A stretch of DNA of 64,000 bases, taken from the NCBI GenBank assembly GCA_050253415.1, contig JBFWJC010000002.1, positions 1 to 64,000 on the forward strand, written 5' to 3'. The position numbers were made by a program, and so were the translations under genes. Each line of letters begins with the position of its first letter. Positions within the stretch are counted from its first letter, which is position 1. Origin of the DNA: Pedobacter sp. (lineage in GTDB: Bacteria > Desulfobacterota > Desulfuromonadia > Desulfuromonadales > Syntrophotaleaceae). Below are positions 8,995 to 18,921 of this stretch, in pieces. Below the pieces are notes generated by a model. The model worked only from the letters and a program-made list of their open reading frames with translations. It was not told the DNA's origin and did no database searches.

Positions 8995-10200
8995 TCAACC
9001 TCCAATGGCTTCGGCCGGATCGACCTTGAGTGCAGCATGGATGGCAATAATGCTCGACATCGCACAGATGATAACCACGGCGAAAAAACCAATGACTGAG
9101 TCAAGCGGCTGTAACAACACATATTTTGGGAAAATCGGCGCCATTAAGAGGGTTGCAGTGATCTTCCCCACCACGAAACCGATCAGGCCCAGGGCGAGGG
9201 ACTGTTGCATGATCAGGCCGACAATGGTCCGGTTCCTGGTGCCAATCAATTTCAGCACAGCGATTTCACGGATTTTTGCCAGCGTCAAAGTGTAGATAAT
9301 GAAGGCGACAATTGCCGAGCTGACGATCGAAAGGATCACCAGAAACATGGCAATCTGTTTTGCCGAAGAGGCGATTAACTTACCGACCAGAATTCCTTCC
9401 ATCTGACGGCGGGTGTAGACTGTCAATCGTTTCCAGCGCCGGATCGATCCGGCAACTTCTTCCGCATCACGTCCCCTTTCAACCCTCACCAAAACGGCGT
9501 TAACGTAGGGATTGATTCCTTGCGAAGCGATGACCGCATCGGTTAAACCCGATACCCCCGGTATGTTGAAATCCGGATTTTCAATGGTGCGACGACGTTG
9601 CTCCCGGATGGCGTCGTTGTCCTTGAGAAACTGGGCTTCTTGAGCATCCTTGAGAGGGATGAAAACCATCGGATCGCCGTTGGAAGACACCATTCTGCGG
9701 GTCAAGCCGACCACGGTGTAGTAATTGCGGCGGATTCGGATGCGTTCGCCCAGGTTGAATCCCGATGTGATGTCTGCAACTGCTTCATAATGGCTTCTGG
9801 TTATCTGTCGACCGGCGACAAGATAGGGTGGACGACCGGGTGTTCCTGGCCCACCGGGTATGATACCGGTTACCATAGCCCGCACATCCCCTTCTTGTCT
9901 GCGCACCTGCATGGTGAGATAAGTAACATTGGCCGCTTGCGCTACGCCCGGCATGCCACGAATCCCCCGCCAGGTATCATCGTATAGGCTTGATGATTCG
10001 GCATAGGGGCCGAGAGTATCTTTCTGGACCACCCAGAGATCTGCACCGCTGTTGTCGAGCAATACCTTGGCATCATCCACCATGCCACGATAGATGCCGG
10101 CCATCGAAAGCGTGACGCCGATCAGCAGTCCCAGCCCCATGCCGGTAAAAACGAATTTTCCCCAGGAGTGCAAAATGTCACGTCCTGCGAGGCTGATCAT
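8995..10200 (-). CDS. ABC transporter permease (MacB/FtsX family)
   Basis: One N-terminal TM, large periplasmic domain, REIAVLKLIG motif, three C-terminal TMs. Confidence 0.92.
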   Translation of the reverse strand: MISLAGRDILHSWGKFVFTGMGLGLLIGVTLSMAGIYRGMVDDAKVLLDNSGADLWVVQKDTLGPYAESSSLYDDTWRGIRGMPGVAQAANVTYLTMQVRRQEGDVRAMVTGIIPGGPGTPGRPPYLVAGRQITRSHYEAVADITSGFNLGERIRIRRNYYTVVGLTRRMVSSNGDPMVFIPLKDAQEAQFLKDNDAIREQRRRTIENPDFNIPGVSGLTDAVIASQGINPYVNAVLVRVERGRDAEEVAGSIRRWKRLTVYTRRQMEGILVGKLIASSAKQIAMFLVILSIVSSAIVAFIIYTLTLAKIREIAVLKLIGTRNRTIVGLIMQQSLALGLIGFVVGKITATLLMAPIFPKYVLLQPLDSVIGFFAVVIICAMSSIIAIHAALKVDPAEAIGG

Positions 10201-11348
10201 CGGTCGACTCCCGGGATCTGATCAACAATATGAATCCGGCTGTGCTCATTTAAAGTGTTTTCGCTGTAGACCACCACCCGGTCATCAACCTCGAGTCCTT
10301 CCCGGATCTGCAGATACCCGTCGAGATCGGCAAGTCCCCGGGAAATCGATGTAAAACGAAGGTCGCCCTCGATGACCTGCCATACACCTGTTCTGCCGTC
10401 AACAAAATGGACCGCGGCATCGGGAATAACCGGTGCGGGAGGAAGCGGCGGCAAAGCAACGGTGATTTCGGCCAATTCTCCGAGCGGAGGAAAAGGATCG
10501 GGAATTTGGTCAAAAACTACCTTGGCCAGAGATTCCTCGGTCACCGCATCTGCCAATGGCTCCACCCTGAGAACTCGTCCGCTCAGCACTTTACCTGACC
10601 TGGATCGTAAAGTGATCCGGGCAGGCAGGCCAGCAGCCAATCCATATGCGTGAATTTGATCAAACCGGACATTAACCCAAAGCGTATCCGAATCGACCAC
10701 CTCCACGACCGTCTGGCCCGCGACCAAAGTAGTGCCCGGATCGGCATCGCGGGAGACGACCAAACCATCGGCTGGCGCAATCAATGACAGACTTTTAAGC
10801 TGCTCCTTCAGGGCAATCCTCTCCGCGGTTAAACGGGCTATTTCCTGGTGCGCCGCGGTCAGTGCAGCCCCGGCAACCAGAAGATCCTGCTGCTTCGTCG
10901 CAAAAACTTCTTCGCTGGTCGAGCGGGCGTTTAATAGCCCTTCGTATCGTTTCGCCTGAGTTTGCGCAAAGTTGTGACGAGTCTCGGCTTCCTTGAGCTG
11001 CGCTTTTGCCCTATTTATTGCAGCATCCATTGATTGAAGGCGCGCATCGAGATCGACCGGATCCATTTCGCCAAGTACTTGTCCTGATTTTACGCGGTCC
11101 CCAACGTGAACATTCAGTTGTTTTATTCGCCCGGGGGATGTTGGCCCGATTTTATAAGTGAAACGGGCCTCGACGGTTCCGATACCGAAGAGTGCAGGTG
11201 AAATACTTTTATTTTCGACGCTTGCTAAAACGACAGAGACGGGAGCAAGTGGCCCCGAACGTAAAGCTACATAGACAAAGAGTCCAAGGAGGGGAACAAA
11301 AACGGCTACCAGAGCCAGTGTACGCTTTTGGTACGGTAACACTTTCAT
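10197..11348 (-). CDS. Efflux periplasmic adaptor (MFP, MacA-like)
   Basis: GRIKQLNVHVGDRVKSGQVL lipoyl half, coiled coil, IAPADGLVV. Confidence 0.92.
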   Translation of the reverse strand: MKVLPYQKRTLALVAVFVPLLGLFVYVALRSGPLAPVSVVLASVENKSISPALFGIGTVEARFTYKIGPTSPGRIKQLNVHVGDRVKSGQVLGEMDPVDLDARLQSMDAAINRAKAQLKEAETRHNFAQTQAKRYEGLLNARSTSEEVFATKQQDLLVAGAALTAAHQEIARLTAERIALKEQLKSLSLIAPADGLVVSRDADPGTTLVAGQTVVEVVDSDTLWVNVRFDQIHAYGLAAGLPARITLRSRSGKVLSGRVLRVEPLADAVTEESLAKVVFDQIPDPFPPLGELAEITVALPPLPPAPVIPDAAVHFVDGRTGVWQVIEGDLRFTSISRGLADLDGYLQIREGLEVDDRVVVYSENTLNEHSRIHIVDQIPGVDR

Positions 11349-11953
11349 AATTTGCTCCTGATTCCCCGTTGAAAAATGGCAAAAACTCCAGGTGCATCCC
11401 GCCGGATACGACGCATATCTCCCACCAGCAATGATTGCATCACCAGTCCCTGAATAGTGCCTATAAACAAATTTGCAGCGGCATCGCTATCGAGCGCTTT
11501 ATCGAGTTCTCCACATGTTTTTCCTTTTTCAAACAACCGATTGAGATATTCTCCATAGCGGCGGATAAGCATTTGGACGATACGTTTAGGACCAGTTTCA
11601 TCTGCTCGTTGCAATTCGCCAAACAACATTCGCGGGATGCCGGGATACTCCGTGATGAAATCCGAGTGGGTCCGAAAGATGTTTTCGAGGGCGGCCAAAG
11701 GCGACGAATGAGCCTTGCCCGCTTTTTCGACGCGAGCCATCAATTCCTTGAGGACCCATTCCATAACCGCTTCGATTATGGCGTCTTTGGTCGAAAAGTG
11801 GCGGAACAGTGCCCCCTGGGTCAATCCCATGCGTTTGGCGATAGCTGCCGTGGTGATCTCAACTGGATTCTGTTCCCCGGCTAATTCGATCACCGTTTTA
11901 ATGATAATCCCACGCCGCTCCTCCGCCGGCAAATGCTTGCGAGACCTACTCAT
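11345..11953 (-). CDS. TetR/AcrR-family transcriptional regulator
   Basis: HTH TTAAIAKRMGLTQGALFRHFSTK; heads the efflux operon with 4-bp overlaps. Confidence 0.93.
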   Translation of the reverse strand: MSRSRKHLPAEERRGIIIKTVIELAGEQNPVEITTAAIAKRMGLTQGALFRHFSTKDAIIEAVMEWVLKELMARVEKAGKAHSSPLAALENIFRTHSDFITEYPGIPRMLFGELQRADETGPKRIVQMLIRRYGEYLNRLFEKGKTCGELDKALDSDAAANLFIGTIQGLVMQSLLVGDMRRIRRDAPGVFAIFQRGIRSKL

Positions 11954-11957
11954 ACAA

Positions 11958-11997
11958 CCTCCACAAAGATAGTAATCACTTACTATCTTTGTGGAGG
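11958..11997. promoter_or_regulatory. Perfect 18-bp inverted repeat, probable TetR operator overlapping the RBS
   Basis: CCTCCACAAAGATAGTAA-TCAC-TTACTATCTTTGTGGAGG. Confidence 0.75.
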
Positions 11998-12105
11998 AAA
12001 AAGATTTTGTCAATAGCTTTTTGAAACATAGAAAACCTATCAGGGTACAGTCGGCTTTTTTGGATGAAAATTAGCGATGATCTACCGCCGGCCTTCAGTC
12101 CGTTG

Positions 12106-12639
12106 TTAAAACCAATGCCTTGGATAGCGTCGATGGTAAACGACATTATTGGTGAATAAAGCAACCAGCAGAAGTATCAGCGCTCCGGCCAACACCGGAA
12201 TGAAGACATAACTCAATCCGGCGCCGGCCTGGACTCCGATCAGGGCCGTCGCTCCACCGGGAGGGTGCGTTGTGTGGGTCAGATTCATGACCAGGATGGC
12301 GATTCCGACCGCAAGGGCAATGGAAAAGGGATTTGACCCTAAGGTGGCTACAATGATTACGGCGACTATGGCCGAAAGAACATGGCCACCTATCAGGTTG
12401 CGCGGTTGGGTTAGAGGCGAATCGTTGGCGCCGAACAACAGGACCGCCGAAGCGCCGAAGGACCCGATCAGTAGGGGGAATCCGACCAGGTTGGTGACGA
12501 AGTGTATCGCCAGGATACCCAGGGTTCCACTGACAAAGCTCCATACGGCATACCTGAAGGTCATGGCCGGTCGCTCGCCCTTCAGCGGCGCTTTCATTTT
12601 GAATGGAATCTGGAAAAATCGTCCGGTCATACTTTTCAC
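12106..12639 (-). CDS. HPP-family membrane protein (candidate nitrite transporter)
   Basis: SFGASAVLLFG..SPLTQPRNLIGGH and THPPGGATAL motifs; start uncertain. Confidence 0.9.
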   Translation of the reverse strand: MKSMTGRFFQIPFKMKAPLKGERPAMTFRYAVWSFVSGTLGILAIHFVTNLVGFPLLIGSFGASAVLLFGANDSPLTQPRNLIGGHVLSAIVAVIIVATLGSNPFSIALAVGIAILVMNLTHTTHPPGGATALIGVQAGAGLSYVFIPVLAGALILLLVALFTNNVVYHRRYPRHWF

Positions 12640-12751
12640 CTTTTTAGTCAGGGTATTTCACCGATGCAGCCATCCGTCCTGCCATTGAACGGGGCGGCGC
12701 AGGTGCTGTTTTAACCTGGAAGCGAGCATACCACGCCGAAGTTAAGAAAAA

Positions 12752-12765
12752 TTGTCGCTGATCAA
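12752..12765. promoter_or_regulatory. Degenerate Fnr/HcpR-type box on the HPP side
   Basis: TTGTCGCTGATCAA. Confidence 0.4.
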
Positions 12766-12821
12766 TTTGTTATGGATTCCTCTCTCTGGCATGCGATGCC
12801 CATATCTCAGAAAGGTCGAGA

Positions 12822-12837
12822 CTTGACCCGTGTCAAG
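12822..12837. promoter_or_regulatory. Fnr/HcpR-type palindrome upstream of nirB
   Basis: CTTGAC-CCGT-GTCAAG with perfect arms. Confidence 0.65.
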
Positions 12838-12990
12838 GATTTATTCCCCGGTGTCGGCCAAAGTGAGTTCCAAACGATCCAATGATTCAGAACGAAGTAT
12901 TCGTTAACATGGCTGACCGCCGGACATTTCCCTCTCCCGCCGAGCCATGGTCACGAACTCTCTGATCGAAAATAAGAAAGGGGAACGACT

Positions 12991-15906
12991 ATGGCTGAAA
13001 ATATCGTAATTGTCGGCAACGGCATGGTAGGCCACCGCTTTTGTGAAGAGTTGATCGAGCGGGGTCTGGTGGAAAAGAATCGAGTGATTGTGTTCGGCGG
13101 CGAACCACGGCCGGCCTATGACCGAGTGCAACTTTCCACCTGGTTTGCTGAAGAGGGCGTGGATCTGACGTTGGAGGACGAGGCCTGGTATCGGGAAAAC
13201 GGCATCGAACTGAACCTCGGCGACCCGGTGGTCGCCATCGACCGGGAGGGCCGCACCATCCGTACCGCCGCCGGACGCAGCCAGGCCTACGACCGGCTGG
13301 TGCTCGCCACCGGCTCCTCTGCCTTCATGCCGCCCATGCCGGGGATGAACCGGGAAGGCGTATTCGCCTACCGCACCATCGACGACCTGGAGGCAATAGC
13401 CGCCTACAGCCGGAAGGTATCGAGCGTTGCGGTGATCGGCGGCGGCCTGCTGGGGCTGGAAGCGGCCAAAGCCTGCCTCGACCTGGGACTGGCAACCAGC
13501 GTGATCGAGATGGCCCCGCGGCTCATGCCCCGTCAGCTCGACGACAAGGGCGCGGCGGTGCTCACCGAAGCCATCCAGCGCCTCGGCATCGAAGTGCTCA
13601 CCGGGGTGGCGACCACCGGCATCGAGGGCGACGCAGTGGTCAGCGGCATCGGCTGTCGCGACCGGGCGCCCCTGCCGGTGGAGATGGTGGTGGTTTCCGC
13701 AGGGATCGTGCCCAACGACAAACTGGCCCGCGACTGCGGCCTGGCTGTCGGCGAGCGGACCGGCATCGTGGTCGACGGTTCCATGCGGACCAGCGACCCG
13801 GCCATCTACGCCATTGGCGAATGCGCTCTGTTCGAAGGCATGATCTACGGCCTGATCGCCCCCGGTTACGAGATGGCGCGGGTCGCAGCGGCCCGTTTCG
13901 ACGGTGAGGACAAAGAATTCACCGGCTTCGACATGTCCACCAAGCTCAAGTTGCTTGGCCTCGACGTAGCCTCCCTGGGCAATCCCTTCGACGACCACCC
14001 GGACAACCGGGTAGTAGAGGTCCACGACACCGTCACCGGCATCTACAAGAAGATGGTCATCGATCCGAGTGGTCAGAAGCTGCTCGGCGCCATCCTGGTG
14101 GGCGACGCCGAACCCTACGGCATGCTGTCGCTGTACGTCAAGGGCAACAAGGTGCTGCCGGAGCAGCCCCAGTCGCTGATCGTCAAGGGCGGCGCCGGTA
14201 CCGGGATGGCCATTGACTCCCTGGAGGAAGAGGACATTATCTGCTCCTGCAACAATGTCAGCTACGGCACCATCTGCAATGCCATCGAGGAAAAAGAGCT
14301 GCGCACCGTCGAGGAGATTCAGAAGATCACCAAGGCCGGCACGGGCTGCGGCGGCTGCCTGCCGATGGTCAAGGCAGTCCTCAAGTACGAACTCGCCAAG
14401 GCCGGCATCGAGATGGACAATTCCCTGTGCTCACATTTCCGTTATTCCCGGCAGGACCTGCTGCACATCGTCAAGACCAAAAAGATTCGCAGTTACGAAG
14501 AACTGCTGAAGCAGTATGGCCAAGGCGACGGCTGTGCGATATGCAAAACCCAGGTCGCCTCGATCTTCTCCTCAATCTGGAACGAGTACATCCTCGACCA
14601 CGCCACACTGCAGGACACTAACGACCGCTTCCTCGGCAATATTCAGCGCAACGGCACCTACTCGGTGATCCCGCGCTCACCGGGCGGCGAGCTGACCCCG
14701 GAGCAACTGATCGTCATGGGCGAGGTAGCCAGGGAGTTCAATCTCTACACCAAGCTCACCGGCAGCCAGCGAGTGGCGCTGTTCGGCGTGCACCTGGAGG
14801 ATCTGCCCAAGGTCTGGGCCAGACTCGGAGAGGTCGGATTGGAATCGGGCCACGCCTATGCCAAGGGCCTGCGTATGGTGAAAAGCTGTGTCGGGGATTC
14901 CTGGTGCCGCATGGGCATGGGCCCTTCCGTCGATTTCGCCATCGAACTGGAAAACCGCTACAAGGGGATGCGCTCCCCGCATAAGCTCAAGGCGGCGGTC
15001 TCCGGCTGCACCCGCGAGTGTGCCGAAGCGATGTGCAAGGACTTCGGTCTGATCGCCACCGAGAACGGCTGGAACCTCTATGTCGGCGGCAACGGCGGCG
15101 CCTTCCCGCGCCATGCCGACCTGCTGGCCACCGATCTCGATCGCGAAACCGCCATCCGTTACATCGACCGCTACCTGATGTACTATGTGCGCACCGCCGA
15201 CAAACTGGAGCGCACCGCCACCTGGCTGGGCAACCTCGAAGGTGGAGTGGAAAAGCTAAAGAAGGTCATCATCGATGACTCCCTGGGCATCTGCGCCGAG
15301 CTCGAGGCCGACATGCAGCGCATCGTCGATACCCAGCACGACGAATGGGCTGTCACCCTCGGCAAACCGGAGCAGCTCGAGCAGTTCCGTCACTTCGCCA
15401 ATGCCGGTGGCAAGGCCCCGGTGCCGATGATCAGTGTGCGCGGCCAGGACAAACCGGAGCTCTGGCAGAAAGAATATGCCATGCCCGAAATCGAGCCCGA
15501 GGTACTGGAAGGTCCCCGCGATTGGGTGAAACTCGGCCACGCCTCAGCGGTACCCGAAGACGGCGGCGCTACCTTCCGGTATGGCCGACACCAGATCGCG
15601 GTGTTCAACTTCGCTCACCGCAACGAATGGTACGCCTGCCAGAACCTCTGTCCGCACAAGCAGGAGATGGTTCTGTCCCGCGGTTTGCTCGGCGATGCTG
15701 CGAGCATTCCTCAGGTGACCTGCCCGATGCACAAGAAATCTTTCTCACTCAAGGACGGCAAGTGCGCCAACGACGAAATCTATACCATTCAAACCTTTGA
15801 AGTGAAGGTCGATGGTGATGACCTCTTGGTCAAACTCCCCACACAGGAAAATCTCGATCGTTTGCACATTTGCAAGAGCAACGAACCTTGCACCTGCTTC
15901 GCTTGA
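12991..15906 (+). CDS. nirB: NADH-dependent nitrite reductase large subunit fused to a C-terminal NirD-like Rieske domain
   Basis: GNGMVG FAD motif, GGGLLGLEAA, two BFD-like clusters (CSCNNV...GCGGC; CSH...CAIC), siroheme motifs CVGDSWC and SGCTRECAE, and C-terminal NLCPHK...CPMHKKSF. Confidence 0.95.
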   Translation: MAENIVIVGNGMVGHRFCEELIERGLVEKNRVIVFGGEPRPAYDRVQLSTWFAEEGVDLTLEDEAWYRENGIELNLGDPVVAIDREGRTIRTAAGRSQAYDRLVLATGSSAFMPPMPGMNREGVFAYRTIDDLEAIAAYSRKVSSVAVIGGGLLGLEAAKACLDLGLATSVIEMAPRLMPRQLDDKGAAVLTEAIQRLGIEVLTGVATTGIEGDAVVSGIGCRDRAPLPVEMVVVSAGIVPNDKLARDCGLAVGERTGIVVDGSMRTSDPAIYAIGECALFEGMIYGLIAPGYEMARVAAARFDGEDKEFTGFDMSTKLKLLGLDVASLGNPFDDHPDNRVVEVHDTVTGIYKKMVIDPSGQKLLGAILVGDAEPYGMLSLYVKGNKVLPEQPQSLIVKGGAGTGMAIDSLEEEDIICSCNNVSYGTICNAIEEKELRTVEEIQKITKAGTGCGGCLPMVKAVLKYELAKAGIEMDNSLCSHFRYSRQDLLHIVKTKKIRSYEELLKQYGQGDGCAICKTQVASIFSSIWNEYILDHATLQDTNDRFLGNIQRNGTYSVIPRSPGGELTPEQLIVMGEVAREFNLYTKLTGSQRVALFGVHLEDLPKVWARLGEVGLESGHAYAKGLRMVKSCVGDSWCRMGMGPSVDFAIELENRYKGMRSPHKLKAAVSGCTRECAEAMCKDFGLIATENGWNLYVGGNGGAFPRHADLLATDLDRETAIRYIDRYLMYYVRTADKLERTATWLGNLEGGVEKLKKVIIDDSLGICAELEADMQRIVDTQHDEWAVTLGKPEQLEQFRHFANAGGKAPVPMISVRGQDKPELWQKEYAMPEIEPEVLEGPRDWVKLGHASAVPEDGGATFRYGRHQIAVFNFAHRNEWYACQNLCPHKQEMVLSRGLLGDAASIPQVTCPMHKKSFSLKDGKCANDEIYTIQTFEVKVDGDDLLVKLPTQENLDRLHICKSNEPCTCFA

Positions 15907-15984
15907 GTTTGGGTAAATCAGGGGGAAAGCTTCTTTTGCCAGCCAAAGCCCGTATATTAAGCGCTGATTGATTATAAATGTTGC

Positions 15985-16019
15985 AAGCCCCCTTCATTTG
16001 AAAAATGGAGGGGGCTTTT
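15985..16019 (+). terminator. Rho-independent terminator after nirB
   Basis: AAGCCCCCTTCATTT...AAATGGAGGGGGCTTTT. Confidence 0.7.
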
Positions 16020-16319
16020 GCCTGTAAAACCATCTCTGTTTTGAAGCCGTGAGCTCCCTACTAAAAAGTCAGACCAAAATTTGAGAGCAAAAACTGCGGT
16101 CCAGACATTTAAGCAACTGTGGTTCATTGGTCTCTCAAGTCTTGCTTGCGGGCCTTGTCTTCAGGTTCTTCCTGCAAACCTACCAATTTAAGATATTGGC
16201 AACCTAATCTGGTTGGGAGATTAAATCAAAGAATGATTTTATCCGACAAGTCGTCCGATTGAATTTCACTTATTGCCGGAGAACCAACCTCTCCACATCT
16301 CGGAACCCCTGCAACCCGA

Positions 16320-16352
16320 GAAACGCCCACCAAGGTTCCCTGGTGGGCGTTT
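16320..16352 (-). terminator. Stem-loop after the kinase gene
   Basis: GAAACGCCCACCA...TGGTGGGCGTTTC. Confidence 0.55.
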
Positions 16353-16413
16353 CATGTCTGATGAGTAGTGATTTTTGAGACACCTCAAGTATTTTTCACG
16401 GGGGATAGCTATG

Positions 16414-17517
16414 CTAGGGCGTAGGCATTTGAGGTAGGTAGATTGAAAAAGTGGTGCCTTCGCCAGGAGCGCTGAAAACATCTATATGGCCGCTGTGGTT
16501 TTGAACGATGGTATACGCGATAGGTAAACCCAGACCGGTGCCTTTACCCAGTTCTTTGGTGGTGAAAAACGGTTCGAAGATGTGAGACAGGGTTATGGCA
16601 TTCATGCCGCTGCCCGTATCGCTGACGGCAAGTAGCACATAAGGACCAGGTTCTAACCCAGCGGGACAGGAAGGATCAGTGTTAGCGAAATTGACATTGT
16701 GGATCTTAATGGTTAGTCGCCCGCCCTCGGCCATGACGTCCTTTGCGTTGAAAACCAGATTTGTGATGACCTGTTCAATCTGGCTTCGATCGGCCCTCAC
16801 TGCCCCAAGTACCGGATCGGAATCAATCGACAGGGCGACATGCCGACCGAGCAACTGCTGAATTAGTTTTTCCAGCCCAGCGACTACAGCCCTAAGGTCC
16901 AATTCTTCAAGGTGGCCTTTCTGGCCACGACTCAAGGCCAACAATTGTTCAGTCAGCGTGGTAGCACGCTTCCCAGCAGTGTAAATGTTTTCAACCCACT
17001 GGCGCAGATCTTCGTTCTCAAGGCGGTTTAGCAGCAATTCGCTGTAACCTTGCACGATCAGGAGGAGGTTATTGAAGTCGTGAGCTAGGCCGCTACCCAT
17101 GCGGGCAACAACTTCCATTTTTTGCGACTGTAAAAGTTGCTCTTCGAGTTTTTTGGGCCGGGAAATGTCAACCATTTGCTCTGCAACAAATGCGACTTTA
17201 CCTTCTTCGTTAAAGAGCGGGAAACATCGGATTTCAAGAGGGCCAGCCTTGGGGTGGTGCTTTTCCACGGTGATCGGTCGCCCGGTTCGAAACACTTCCT
17301 GCACATGGCAAGGGTTGCATGATGTCCCCTGTCCTGCGTAAAAGGCATCATAGCAGCACAGGCCTTCTCGTCGGAGCTCTTCGGGGATATGGTCGCATGC
17401 GCCCGCCCAATTACAAAGGACGATGCGCAGATCCTTGTCAACAACGATAAGACAATCAGGGATCAGGTGAAAGATGCTTTGATAAATCTGAGATATTTCC
17501 ATTGCAGACTTGTTCAT
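16414..17517 (-). CDS. PAS-domain sensor histidine kinase (CckA/NtrB-like, no receiver domain)
   Basis: H-box AHDFNNLL, N-box NLVFNAKD, DTGSGM, FEPFFTTK, GTGLGL. Confidence 0.92.
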   Translation of the reverse strand: MNKSAMEISQIYQSIFHLIPDCLIVVDKDLRIVLCNWAGACDHIPEELRREGLCCYDAFYAGQGTSCNPCHVQEVFRTGRPITVEKHHPKAGPLEIRCFPLFNEEGKVAFVAEQMVDISRPKKLEEQLLQSQKMEVVARMGSGLAHDFNNLLLIVQGYSELLLNRLENEDLRQWVENIYTAGKRATTLTEQLLALSRGQKGHLEELDLRAVVAGLEKLIQQLLGRHVALSIDSDPVLGAVRADRSQIEQVITNLVFNAKDVMAEGGRLTIKIHNVNFANTDPSCPAGLEPGPYVLLAVSDTGSGMNAITLSHIFEPFFTTKELGKGTGLGLPIAYTIVQNHSGHIDVFSAPGEGTTFSIYLPQMPTP

Positions 17518-17889
17518 ACTTCCTCCCGGTCCAGATAAGTATTATTGATTTTCTAGGAGGTGGTTGTTCCGGGACTTCGTTTTTGCTGCAAAGCCGTATC
17601 CTGTTTTAATAATACCAAACTTACTTAATGTTCGACATCGAATCACCCTAGTTTTCTAGGCACCCCTGACATGTGCGAATCATCGAAGGCAGAAGTGTTT
17701 ATATATCATCCCAGATTGTTAACAGCGGACAGATGTGGTTAAAAACAAGATTCTCATGAACCCTGGATTGCGAGAAAACCCCGTCTGGCGAACCGGATGG
17801 GGTTTCTGTGTTTTGGAACTCGTAACTTGTCATTTTTCACTAAATACGACGCGGATCTCTATGGAACTAGGTCCGACTCACATTACAAA

Positions 17890-18921
17890 TTATGCTTCCA
17901 GTTGAATGCAATTGCGGCCGGCCATTTTAGCGCGATAGAGCGCTGCGTCAGCTTGTCGCACCAGATCAACAGGAAGGCATTGGTTTGATGGCTGGAGGAT
18001 AGCCACACCAAGACTCGCAGTGACGATACCGGAAAATGAGTTAGCGTGGGGTATTGCAAGTGACAAGACCAATTGATGGATGTGCTTTGCAGTTTCCAAT
18101 GTAGCTTGTTTGTCCATGTTTGGCAACAGGATGGCGAACTCTTCACCTCCATAACGAGCTACTAACTCACCTGCACGACGTCCCGATTCCGCTAACCCCT
18201 TGGCCAGGGTCTGTAGGCAAGCATCTCCGGCTAAGTGGCCATATAGGTCGTTAAATCGTTTGAAATGGTCAATATCCAGCATGATAAGCGCCAGCGGGGT
18301 ACCGCTACGTTGGCCTCGATTCCATTCATTGATAAGCATTTGATCAAAAAGGCGGCGGTTACCAATGTTGGTCAAACTATCAGTGTTACTCTGTATTTCC
18401 AGCAGCCTGTTAGCCTCAGCCAATTCTTTCGTCCTGTTTTGGACAATCTGTTCAAGTTCTAGGTTGCGTATTTCCAGTCGAGACATCGGATAGATTTCAC
18501 TATCATTAGCCAAGCCATAAGGGATCGAGATCCCGCTGTGCACAATTTTCCAATCGTTATTCTCGTGCCGGAAAATGAGCACTAGCCTGGCAGTCTCGCG
18601 CGAAAGTATGTGCTCGGGTACTGGTAGGTGAATATGGAAAAAAGCAGTAACGGCAACAATGTCTTCCGCAAGGTCTTGTAATGACAAATTAAGCATTTCT
18701 ATATGAACTTTTCCGGGTATTTGTGCAAAATCTTGCCTTGTAACCCGGACCCACTCATCCTTGCTTGTGACGAGAACGTCGCTGCTGCCCGCATAACCAC
18801 TAAAATTGTCACTAAAGCGTGAGGTCAGTCGGTCATCACGTGACGAATACATTTCAATGTATTCGTCAAATAATGAACGGATCAGTTGCTGGCGCTCAAG
18901 CCGCATAGATCTATGCTCCAT
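17890..18921 (-). CDS. Diguanylate cyclase with an N-terminal SnoaL/NTF2-like domain
   Basis: DSLTNIGNRR, DIDHFKRFNDLYGH, ARYGGEEF; N-domain ends WKIVHSGIS. Confidence 0.92.
   Translation of the reverse strand: MEHRSMRLERQQLIRSLFDEYIEMYSSRDDRLTSRFSDNFSGYAGSSDVLVTSKDEWVRVTRQDFAQIPGKVHIEMLNLSLQDLAEDIVAVTAFFHIHLPVPEHILSRETARLVLIFRHENNDWKIVHSGISIPYGLANDSEIYPMSRLEIRNLELEQIVQNRTKELAEANRLLEIQSNTDSLTNIGNRRLFDQMLINEWNRGQRSGTPLALIMLDIDHFKRFNDLYGHLAGDACLQTLAKGLAESGRRAGELVARYGGEEFAILLPNMDKQATLETAKHIHQLVLSLAIPHANSFSGIVTASLGVAILQPSNQCLPVDLVRQADAALYRAKMAGRNCIQLEA

Noticed and set aside
17774..17809. c-di-GMP riboswitch near the GGDEF gene
   Set aside because: Only a single hairpin, located downstream of the gene; better explained as a terminator
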